Below, piece after piece: positions 1 to 8,040 of a stretch of DNA of 64,000 bases (positions within the stretch are counted from its first letter, which is position 1; every line of letters begins with the position of its first letter). A model generated the notes under the pieces. That model ran no database searches, was not told the DNA's origin, and worked only from the letters and a program-made list of their open reading frames with translations. Both the position numbers and the translations under genes were made by a program. The stretch spans positions 34,711-98,710 of the forward strand of contig VXPQ01000001.1 in NCBI GenBank assembly GCA_009839485.1, given 5' to 3'. This DNA is from Bacteroidetes bacterium SB0662_bin_6. GTDB taxonomy: Bacteria; Bacteroidota; Rhodothermia; Rhodothermales; VXPQ01.

Positions 1-641
1 CCTCCTGGCTCGGACCCGTTTCCGACCGTCCGTTCAGCGCGGACGAGTATCATCGCTGGCGCAAGTATTACCCGTACTGTGCAGGCATCCTCGGTGATCT
101 GCTCGCCCACCGTATCCACCCGCTGATGATTGCAACAGGGGCCCCTGAATTTCCGGTGCGGGTTGCCTCGCTCGGCACACGCAAGGTCACACCCGACCGC
201 GACGTACCCGATAACACACAGGTACTGGCCGAATTCGCCAGCGGCCTGACCCTCCTGGTTATCGGAAGCACCGTCAACGAGCAAGGACTCGGGCAGGTGA
301 TCCGGGGCCACGAAGGTACGCTGTACTTCTCCGGCAACTCCATCGAACTGCGTCCGGAACGGCCTTTTGCCGATCTGGTTGACCAGCAGATGGAAGAGAA
401 TGTCGAGCCTGGCGTAAGCGTACCCGCACACGTGGAGAACTGGCTGACCTCGATCCGCGAGAACACGCAACCCAACGGAAACATCGACCTGTCGATCAAG
501 GCGCAAACGATTATTTGCATGGCCGAGATGTCGGACCGCCTGGGTGAAATGCTCTACTTCGACGAGGAAACGCGCAAAATGACCACAGGCGGCGGACGCG
601 AGATCGAGCCGATCACGTACGGCACGCTCGAACTGTCGTAG
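1..641 (+). CDS. Gfo/Idh/MocA-family oxidoreductase, C-terminal part (5' end upstream of window)
   Basis: Frame 3 is open from nt 3 (..FSADEYHRWRKYYPYCAGILGDLLAHRIHPLMIATG..) and runs into the listed 126..641 ORF. C-terminal domain pattern matches the family. Confidence 0.7.
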   Translation, partial: SWLGPVSDRPFSADEYHRWRKYYPYCAGILGDLLAHRIHPLMIATGAPEFPVRVASLGTRKVTPDRDVPDNTQVLAEFASGLTLLVIGSTVNEQGLGQVIRGHEGTLYFSGNSIELRPERPFADLVDQQMEENVEPGVSVPAHVENWLTSIRENTQPNGNIDLSIKAQTIICMAEMSDRLGEMLYFDEETRKMTTGGGREIEPITYGTLELS

Positions 642-663
642 CAGTCAAACGGCGGAGGCGGGG

Positions 664-1659
664 ATGGGTACCGTTCGATTGGCGCGCATGGCGATGGCCT
701 GTCGCTTTGAACTTGTCCTCCAGGGCGAGGACGAGTTGCGGCTACGGGCTGCCGGCGAGGAAGCGCTCCGGGAAATCGAACGACTGGAAACACGTCTTTC
801 CAGATTCCTTCCCGTCTCCGACGTATCCCGCATCAATACGCACGCTTCCGAGGAAGCCGTGCCGGTCGAGCGGTGGTTGTTCGATTTATTGAAGCAATCC
901 CTGGATCTGCACCGTTGCACGGACGGGGCTTTCGATCTGACGATCGGCCCACTCATGAAGGTGTGGGGGTTTTACGGCGACGGAGGGCGTGTACCGGACG
1001 CAGACGAGTTGGCCCAGGCCCGCCTGCGTACAGGCATGCACCTCGTTGAACTGGACGAGGCGCATTGTACGGTGCGTTTTGCCCACAAAGGGGTTGCTTT
1101 GGATTTCGGGGCCATCGGCAAGGGATACGCCGTGGACGAAGCCATACGCATATTGAGAGAGGCCGGCGTGGAGCGGGCTTTCCTGCACGGCGGCACCAGC
1201 ACGATGTACGGAATCGGACAGCCGCTCGACGCCGACTCCTGGAACGTGGCCGTTGTGGACCCCCGGGCACCGGACGAACCCGTCGCCGTCGTAGCGATTC
1301 GGGACGAGGCCTTGTCGGTTTCGGCTGTTTCGGGTAAATCCTTCGAGGTTGAGGGAACCTGTTACGGCCATGTGCTGGACCCCCGCCTTGGAAAACCCGT
1401 TCGCGGAGCGCTGCTGGCGGCGACCGTTACTTCATCGGCCACTACCGCCGATGCCGTTTCGACCGCCCTGCTCGTACATGCCCGCCCCCTGCCCGAATAC
1501 CGGTCCCTGGTCATTCAACCGGACGATGAAGGCCCTCTTCCCCATCGCATTCTGCACCACGGGATCCCCCTGTGCGATACATCGAAAAAGACTCCCGCTC
1601 CACCCCCTGCACCCGTGTTGAACGGCCATGCTACAACGTGGCAACAACACCCAGCCTGA
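664..1659 (+). CDS. apbE: FAD:protein FMN transferase (ApbE family), no recognisable signal peptide
   Basis: ATG at 664 preceded by GGAGGCGGGG. Family motifs present: MGT..., DLTIGPLMKVWGF, LDFGAIGKGYAVDEA. Confidence 0.85.
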   Translation: MGTVRLARMAMACRFELVLQGEDELRLRAAGEEALREIERLETRLSRFLPVSDVSRINTHASEEAVPVERWLFDLLKQSLDLHRCTDGAFDLTIGPLMKVWGFYGDGGRVPDADELAQARLRTGMHLVELDEAHCTVRFAHKGVALDFGAIGKGYAVDEAIRILREAGVERAFLHGGTSTMYGIGQPLDADSWNVAVVDPRAPDEPVAVVAIRDEALSVSAVSGKSFEVEGTCYGHVLDPRLGKPVRGALLAATVTSSATTADAVSTALLVHARPLPEYRSLVIQPDDEGPLPHRILHHGIPLCDTSKKTPAPPPAPVLNGHATTWQQHPA

Positions 1660-1669
1660 ACACCGCACT

Positions 1670-2941
1670 ATGAAAGATCATACCTACGGCGGCCTCTTGA
1701 GTCGTCGAAATTTTCTGAAACGGAGCTCCCTGATCCCTCTTTCAGGCCTGCTTGCACAGGCCCCCGCCATCGGTGCAGATGCGCGCCGGGCAACCTTCCA
1801 GGAACAGGTACAGGCCGCCATAATCGGTTTCGGCCCGCAGGGGCGGGACATAGCCGCCACGCTGACACGCATCCCCGAGGTGGATCTTGCTGCGGTAGTG
1901 GACACCTACAACGTCATGCTGCGGAGAGCGCAACGCTCGGCGCCGGGAGCGGCCACATTCGAAGACTACCGCGAGGTACTGGATAATCCGGACATTTCCA
2001 CGGTCTTTATCGCCACGCCCACGCACCTGCACAAACAAATTGCGCTCGATGCCTTGTCTGCCGGCAAGCATGTATACGTAGAAGCGCCGATGGCCTCGAA
2101 CATCGACGATGCGCGGGTCATGGCGCAAGCCGCCCGTGACAATCCCAACCTGATTTTTCAGGTAGGACTGCATGCCCGGTCGCATCCGAATTATCGTTCC
2201 GTCTTCCAGTTCATCCGTAGCGGGGCCCTTGGAAAGGCCACAATGACCCGTTCCCAGTGGCATACAAAAGAAAGCTGGCGGAGGGCCTCGCCTAACCGGG
2301 AACGCGAGATCGCACTAAACTGGCGGCTTGACGCAGGGGTCTCTACCGGACTCATCGGCGAGGTAGGCACGCATCAGCTCGATCCTGCCCTGTGGTTTCT
2401 GAGCAAACGTCCGGCAGCGGTTACCGGTCTGGGGCAGATCATGTTATGGAATGACGGGCGCCAGGTACCCGATACGATCCAGGCCGTCTTCGAACTGGAG
2501 GACGGCGGCGTACCTATGTTGTACGACGCTACCCTTACGAGCTCGTTCGACGCCGCCTACGACACCTACTCGGGACGCGACAGCACCATCATGTTCCGCG
2601 ACCACCGGGCCTGGATGTTCAAGGAAGTCGATGCCCCGTTGCTCGGATGGGAAGTGTACGCCAGAAAAGACAAGTTCTATAAGGAAACCGGTATTGCGCT
2701 GGTGGCGAATGCTACCCAACTGGATGCCCAGGATATCTCACCGACCGAAGATGATCCCAATCTCGAGACGCCCCTTTGGTACGCAATACGTGACTTCATC
2801 GACAACCATGCCTTTGGACCATATCCGCCGGCAGCGTCTTACGAGGTTGGTTTCCAAATGGCCGTCATCACTATAAAGGCCAACGAGGCCATCCTTCAGG
2901 GAACGCGCATCGAATATGACGATGCCTTGTTCGAAATCTAA
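1670..2941 (+). CDS. Gfo/Idh/MocA-family oxidoreductase with Tat signal
   Basis: ATG at 1670 lies just after the apbE stop (1657-1659). N-terminus MKDHTYGGLLSRRNFLKRSS is a twin-arginine motif. Rossmann segment AAIIGFGPQGRD and ...YVEAPMA follow. Confidence 0.85.
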   Translation: MKDHTYGGLLSRRNFLKRSSLIPLSGLLAQAPAIGADARRATFQEQVQAAIIGFGPQGRDIAATLTRIPEVDLAAVVDTYNVMLRRAQRSAPGAATFEDYREVLDNPDISTVFIATPTHLHKQIALDALSAGKHVYVEAPMASNIDDARVMAQAARDNPNLIFQVGLHARSHPNYRSVFQFIRSGALGKATMTRSQWHTKESWRRASPNREREIALNWRLDAGVSTGLIGEVGTHQLDPALWFLSKRPAAVTGLGQIMLWNDGRQVPDTIQAVFELEDGGVPMLYDATLTSSFDAAYDTYSGRDSTIMFRDHRAWMFKEVDAPLLGWEVYARKDKFYKETGIALVANATQLDAQDISPTEDDPNLETPLWYAIRDFIDNHAFGPYPPAASYEVGFQMAVITIKANEAILQGTRIEYDDALFEI

Positions 2942-2972
2942 ACCGGGTGCATCCCATCACACCGAACCTGTT

Positions 2973-4112
2973 ATGGCTCCTATACATTCTCGCCGTACGC
3001 GGCGTACCTTTTTGCAGAAAACCGGCGCCTTGCTGGGCGGACTTGCGTTGTCCGGCACCCCGGCCGCTACGCTTGCAAGCACCCAAAGTGTGCAAAGGCG
3101 CACCCCCCTGCCTCCGGGTATGAATCCCCTCGGCGTAGCACTCGTGGGTCTCGGCAACTACGCTACGAACCAGTTGGCTCCCGCTCTCCAGGAAACGGAG
3201 CGCTGCCGCCTCACAGGCATTGTCACGGGTACGCCCGCCAAGGCCGACAAGTGGATGGCCGAATACAATATCCCGGGGGAAAACGTCTACAATTACGAGA
3301 CCTTCGACCGGATTGCGGACAATCCGGATATCGACATCGTGTATGTGGTGTTGCCAAACAGCATGCATGCGGAATATGCGATCCGGGCTGCCGAAGCAGG
3401 CAAGCAGGTCATTACGGAGAAGCCTATGGCAACCTCCGTACGCGATTGCGAGCGCATGATCGAGGCGTGCGACAAGGCCGGCGTAAAACTTTCGGTGGGA
3501 TACCGCCTCCACTTCGAACCGCATCACCAGGAAATCATGCGCCTGGCGCAGGAACAGGTCTTCGGACCGGTCACTGTCGTCGAGGCCAGTTTCAGTTTTA
3601 CCTCGCGCAACACCGAGGCCTGGCGATTCAGCAAGGAAATGGCGGGAGGAGGCGCCTTGCTGGACGTGGGCGTCTACGCCATCCAGGGCGCCCGGTACAC
3701 GATCGGCGAAGAGCCGGTCCGCGTCCGGGCATCAGGCTACAACACGCGCCCGGACATCTTTACGGAGATTTACGAGACCATTCTGTGGGAAATGGAATTC
3801 CCCGGCGGCGCGGTGTCCAGCCACAGCACCTCCTATTCGGCCAACGTGAATCGCCTGTATATGATGGCCCCGCGGGGCTGGGCGAGAATCGAGCCGGCCT
3901 TCATGTATAACAGCGTATCCGGAGAGACGAACGAAGGCCCGATGGGGTATCCGCACGTAACGCAGCAAGCACTGCAAATAGACGACTTCGCCCGGTGCAT
4001 CACGGAAGACGAAACGAGCAGGGTTTCGGGCGAAGAAGGGCTGAAGGACATGAAAGTGATCGAGGCGATCTATCGTTCGATCGACCGCAACGGGAGGTGG
4101 GTGGATGTGTAA
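2973..4112 (+). CDS. Gfo/Idh/MocA-family oxidoreductase with Tat signal (glucose-fructose oxidoreductase-like)
   Basis: Internal ATG at 2973 gives MAPIHSRRTRRTFLQKTGALLGG (Tat motif). VALVGLGNYATNQ and VITEKPMA are family motifs. Confidence 0.85.
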   Translation: MAPIHSRRTRRTFLQKTGALLGGLALSGTPAATLASTQSVQRRTPLPPGMNPLGVALVGLGNYATNQLAPALQETERCRLTGIVTGTPAKADKWMAEYNIPGENVYNYETFDRIADNPDIDIVYVVLPNSMHAEYAIRAAEAGKQVITEKPMATSVRDCERMIEACDKAGVKLSVGYRLHFEPHHQEIMRLAQEQVFGPVTVVEASFSFTSRNTEAWRFSKEMAGGGALLDVGVYAIQGARYTIGEEPVRVRASGYNTRPDIFTEIYETILWEMEFPGGAVSSHSTSYSANVNRLYMMAPRGWARIEPAFMYNSVSGETNEGPMGYPHVTQQALQIDDFARCITEDETSRVSGEEGLKDMKVIEAIYRSIDRNGRWVDV

Positions 4113-4995
4113 GGAGCGGAGGAAGAAATCGGGCATGGTATTCCTTGTGCTGCTGTGCGGCCTTACGCTTACAGCGAATGCACAGCACGGAACGGTGTAC
4201 GACAACCTTTCGATAACGAGCGAAATTCTCGACTCCGAAAAGAAATATGCGGTCTACCTGCCGCCGGATTACTTTTCATCCGAGCGTAGTTATCCCGTGC
4301 TTTACCTTTTACACGGAGGAGGAGACGACCAAACGGGTTGGATACAATTCGGCGAAGTGCATCATATTGCCGATAAAGCGATCCGGGAAGGCAAGGCAAC
4401 CCCAATGGTAATTATCATGCCGGATGCCAGCACAGGCCAGCGAGGATATTTCAATGACATTACCAATACGTGGCGGTATGAGGACTTTTTCTTTGAAGAA
4501 TTGATGCCGCACGTGGAAGAAGAATTCAGAATTAAAAGCGAAAAGCGCTACAGGGCCGTAGCCGGTCTCTCGATGGGCGGCGGCGGCTCCTTCATGTATG
4601 CCCTTCATCGACCGGATCTTTTTTCGTCGGCTGCGCCGCTGAGCGCTTCCACAGGCGCCCGGTCGGTTCAGCAATACAAGGCGCAGATGGAGCGCAGGGG
4701 TGTCGATATTACGGGAATCTCCGACTCGCAAATTGAAGAATACATCAGCCGGCACAACGCCATTTCCCTGATCGAAAGCCTGCCCGAGGACGACCTCAAA
4801 TCCGTACGCTGGTTCATCGATTGCGGGGACGACGACTTTCTCTACGAAGGCAATTCGCTGGTCCACATCGCCCTAAGAAAACGGGAGATTCCTCATGAAT
4901 TTCGTATTCGCGATGGCGGCCATACCTGGACGTACTGGCGCGAAAGCTTACCTGTGGTTCTGGAGTTTGTCTCGCAAAGGTTTCACCAGTTTTGA
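4105..4995 (+). CDS. secreted esterase (esterase D / putative-esterase family alpha/beta hydrolase)
   Basis: GGAGG lies 9 nt before the ATG. Signal peptide MCKERRKKSGMVFLVLLCGLTLTANA. YPVLYLLHGGGDD and nucleophile elbow GLSMGGGG are present. Overlaps the upstream stop by 8 nt. Confidence 0.75.
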   Translation: MCKERRKKSGMVFLVLLCGLTLTANAQHGTVYDNLSITSEILDSEKKYAVYLPPDYFSSERSYPVLYLLHGGGDDQTGWIQFGEVHHIADKAIREGKATPMVIIMPDASTGQRGYFNDITNTWRYEDFFFEELMPHVEEEFRIKSEKRYRAVAGLSMGGGGSFMYALHRPDLFSSAAPLSASTGARSVQQYKAQMERRGVDITGISDSQIEEYISRHNAISLIESLPEDDLKSVRWFIDCGDDDFLYEGNSLVHIALRKREIPHEFRIRDGGHTWTYWRESLPVVLEFVSQRFHQF

Positions 4996-5038
4996 ACGAA
5001 AAAGAATCGTTGCACGCACAACCATTTCGTTACACGCT

Positions 5039-5349
5039 ATGGCAACAGAGGGACCATGGAAACCTGACAGCCGCTTCACTTTCGCGCTGGCCAGCACGGG
5101 CGCCGATCAGGACGGCGATGGCGTTTATGACCTACATGGACGCCCCACACCCGTCGAGTCGGGTGGCTGGTATCATGTGACGGGTACGTACGATGGGTCC
5201 GTCATGAGTTCTTTACCCCCGCAGCAGATTTGATGAGGCGCATGCCAGTCTACACGGTCCTGGACAATCATGAGGGCACGTTGCAATTCAACGCTATCGA
5301 CCTGGACGGGCGTCTGTTTGATCGGTTCGAGATCCGCAAAACAGAATAG
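5039..5349 (+). pseudogene. possible decayed gene remnant (LamG-like piece, then a frame-shifted metallophosphatase-like C-terminus)
   Basis: Frame 2 reads ..FTFALASTGADQDGDGVYDL..GGWYHVTGTYDG.. and stops at 5233. Frame 1 then reads ..MPVYTVLDNHEGTLQFNAIDLDGRLFDRFEIRKTE* (stop 5347-5349). No single intact ORF spans both. Confidence 0.25.
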
Positions 5350-5364
5350 AAATCGCCTCAAACC

Positions 5365-6357
5365 ATGAACAAGTCGGAGACCTTCGATCGGAGACGGTTT
5401 TTACAACTGGCGGGCAGCGGCCTTGTAACGGGCCTGGCCGGCCATGCGACAGGAGCGCCTTTTTTCAATCCCTGGCGTGACGGAGCCAACCCGCTGCTGC
5501 GGTTTGGCATGATTGCCGACGTGCATCATGGGCTCATGCCGAAGGCCGAAGAGCGGCTGGAAGCTTTTCTGGAAGAGGCAAACCAGCGCAACCTGGACTT
5601 TGTCGTTCAACTGGGCGATTTCTGTCACCCACGCCCCGACGCGCATGCCTTCGTCAAGCTCTGGGAGCAAGCCAACGCGCCGCGCTACCATGTGCTTGGC
5701 AACCATGATATGGACCTGGGCACCAAACGGCAGATCATGGACCTCTGGCAGATGGAACACAACGCCTATTCCTTTGATGCAGGCGCCTATCATTTCGTAG
5801 TGCTCGACTGCAATTTTTTGCACGTCGACGGTGCGTATGTGGACTACGAGCACGGCAATTTCTACGTGGACAATACACTCCGCACCTTCATTCACCCGGA
5901 GCAGCTTGACTGGCTCGAAGACGAACTGGCTTCAACCGATCGGCAGACCATCGTACTTACACATCAGGCGTTGGATGAGATCTGGAATGGAGGACTGGCC
6001 AAGAATCGCGGGGCGGTTCGCCGGATCTTCGCCGAAGCGAACAAACAGGCCGGTTTCCAAAAGGTGATTGCGTGTTTCTCCGGTCATCATCATCTGGACG
6101 CGCACAGCACGATCGACGGCATCCATTATGTGCAGGTTAATAGTGCCTCGTACTACTGGGTCGGCGAAGGGTATGGTCATATGGCTGAATACCGGGACCC
6201 GTTGTTCGCCTTTGTCACGGTGGGCGCAAAAGGCATTGTCATCGAAGGGCGGCGTAGCGTTTTTGTAGCTCCAACCCCGGTCGATATCGAGTTTCCCGAA
6301 GCGCATCGGCTTTCCGCCAGCCTCTCCGACCGGACGCTGGTCTTCGCGCAACCGTGA
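5365..6357 (+). CDS. metallophosphoesterase with Tat signal
   Basis: MNKSETFDRRRFLQLAGSG is a Tat motif. Metallophosphatase motifs present: GMIADVHHG, QLGDFCH, LGNHD, FSGHHH. Confidence 0.8.
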   Translation: MNKSETFDRRRFLQLAGSGLVTGLAGHATGAPFFNPWRDGANPLLRFGMIADVHHGLMPKAEERLEAFLEEANQRNLDFVVQLGDFCHPRPDAHAFVKLWEQANAPRYHVLGNHDMDLGTKRQIMDLWQMEHNAYSFDAGAYHFVVLDCNFLHVDGAYVDYEHGNFYVDNTLRTFIHPEQLDWLEDELASTDRQTIVLTHQALDEIWNGGLAKNRGAVRRIFAEANKQAGFQKVIACFSGHHHLDAHSTIDGIHYVQVNSASYYWVGEGYGHMAEYRDPLFAFVTVGAKGIVIEGRRSVFVAPTPVDIEFPEAHRLSASLSDRTLVFAQP

Positions 6358-6360
6358 ATC

Positions 6361-7299
6361 TCACGGATCCACCGAAACATACGCATCGATCAGCGCCTGC
6401 TCCCCTTCCTTGCCGGGCCCGGCATTCCCGTGCTCCATCCCGAGGATGTCCGTATACCCCCGTTCGTGGATATATTTGAACACGTTGCGGTAGTTGATTT
6501 CGCCCGTCGTCGGCTCCTTCCGGCCCGGATTGTCGCCGATCTGGAAATAGCCGATCTCATCCCATGATTTTTCGATGTTCGGGATCAGGTTCCCCTCACT
6601 GATCTGCTGATGGTAGATATCGAAGAGGATCTTGCAGGCAGGACTGTCTACATGCTTGCAAATCATGTATGCCTGGGGCGCCCGACTTAGAAACATGCCG
6701 GGGTGGTTTGACCACCAGTTCAGGGGTTCCAGGACCATAACCAAACCATGCGGCTCCAGAATCTCCGCCGCGCGCTTCAGCGATTCCACCACATGCACGG
6801 TCTGGTATTCCATTTCCTGGCGCTGGTCAACCCGACCGGGCACCACCGTCATCCATGTAGCGTTGACGCGCTTCGCCACTTCCACGGCGCCACGGATGTC
6901 ATCCAGAAATTCCTCTCGTCTGGCCTGATCGCCACCCGCCAGATTGGCTTGCTGCCAATCGATCCTGTGTGCAACGAACACGCCCATCCGCATATTGAGC
7001 CGGGTCATTTCCTGCGCAATAGCCTCCTGCATCTCGGGGGTGCGGCCCGACATGCCGTTGTCTTCCATCGACCGGAACCCCATCTCCGCCATAAAACGAA
7101 GCTGATCGAGCAGATCGTCCCCTGCATGATGCCTGAACATGCCGAAATGCGGGGCATAGTCGAGCGTGAATTCGGGGCGGGTTCCAGAAAAACCGGAATG
7201 TGTGGACACCCCTGATAAACCGGCTGCGAGGCCCGCATGGGCGAAAGGAAGCGCCGCCGAGGCAGCTGCAAAGGAACGCAGAAAACGACGTCGTTGCAT
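6361..7299 (-). CDS. sugar phosphate isomerase/epimerase (xylose-isomerase-like TIM barrel; hydroxypyruvate-isomerase-like) with Tat signal
   Basis: MQRRRFLRSFAAASAALPFAHA is a Tat motif. Family pattern ...MVLEPLN...DIYHQQISEGN... is present. ATG verified at 7297-7299. Confidence 0.8.
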   Translation of the reverse strand: MQRRRFLRSFAAASAALPFAHAGLAAGLSGVSTHSGFSGTRPEFTLDYAPHFGMFRHHAGDDLLDQLRFMAEMGFRSMEDNGMSGRTPEMQEAIAQEMTRLNMRMGVFVAHRIDWQQANLAGGDQARREEFLDDIRGAVEVAKRVNATWMTVVPGRVDQRQEMEYQTVHVVESLKRAAEILEPHGLVMVLEPLNWWSNHPGMFLSRAPQAYMICKHVDSPACKILFDIYHQQISEGNLIPNIEKSWDEIGYFQIGDNPGRKEPTTGEINYRNVFKYIHERGYTDILGMEHGNAGPGKEGEQALIDAYVSVDP

Positions 7300-7378
7300 G
7301 GTTGTATGGATTTCGGTTCAAAAAACGTTCAAGTGGTCCGGAAGCCATCCGGCCTTCTCCTATCCCCCGCCGGCCTCG

Positions 7379-8002
7379 TCACAATGTCTCCCAAGACGCT
7401 TCCGACAAGCCCAACCGTTCGATCTCGGATTTCGGGGCGCCCGTCCATTCGGCCACAAACACGTTCCCCATATAGCCCAGATCGGCCATCCCCGCTTCCG
7501 TCGTCCAGAATCCCGAAGCCGTCAGATCGCGGAAGAAGTTGAAAAAGTTTACGCCATCCTGAAGCGCCGGGTCGGCATCCTCGGGCCAGGCGATCGCATC
7601 GACCAGCTCAACGCGCTGTGGATCGGAACACGCCGCAAACGATGCCCCGAACCGTTCCCGGGACCAGGCATTCAGCCAGGCTAATCCCTGGCGCATGGGG
7701 TCCTGCATATCCGGCATATCCGTCACAATAAAGTCCATGAATTCCGGCACCCCCACATCTGTCGCACTGCCCGAATGGTCGTCCGCCGGAATAATCATGT
7801 CCGCAAGAATACGCACCGTCCCGTACTCCTCGTCCGTAAAAAACTGCAGGGAAAAATCCCCGCGCGCACGGGCCTCTTCGGCCTCTCGAGCAGCACGTTC
7901 GACATCGGAAGCGGTCCACCGGCATCCGGCTGCCGTCAGTACGCCAGGTGCGGTGGCAGACAAGGCCAGGGCCAGCAATTTAAGCGATTCGCGGCGATCC
8001 AT
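7379..8002 (-). CDS. gluconate 2-dehydrogenase subunit 3-family protein (Tat-signal small subunit)
   Basis: MDRRESLKLLALALSATAPG Tat-like signal. About 200 aa, immediately downstream of a GMC flavoprotein gene, which is the usual pairing. Confidence 0.7.
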   Translation of the reverse strand: MDRRESLKLLALALSATAPGVLTAAGCRWTASDVERAAREAEEARARGDFSLQFFTDEEYGTVRILADMIIPADDHSGSATDVGVPEFMDFIVTDMPDMQDPMRQGLAWLNAWSRERFGASFAACSDPQRVELVDAIAWPEDADPALQDGVNFFNFFRDLTASGFWTTEAGMADLGYMGNVFVAEWTGAPKSEIERLGLSEASWETL

Positions 8003-8040
8003 AGGGCAACTTCTATCGGGTCAATAACAATGTTTCCGAG

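Noticed and set aside
4895-5233. 112-aa ORF overlapping the 3' end of the esterase gene.
   Set aside because: Its first ~30 codons are an out-of-frame overlap with a well-supported gene. Only the distal part (from 5039) looks protein-like, and it is treated as a remnant.
6355-6363. Convergent stop codons 3 nt apart forming CGTGA-ATC-TCACG, a possible bidirectional terminator.
   Set aside because: The stem is only 5 bp with no flanking T-runs, which is too weak to call.
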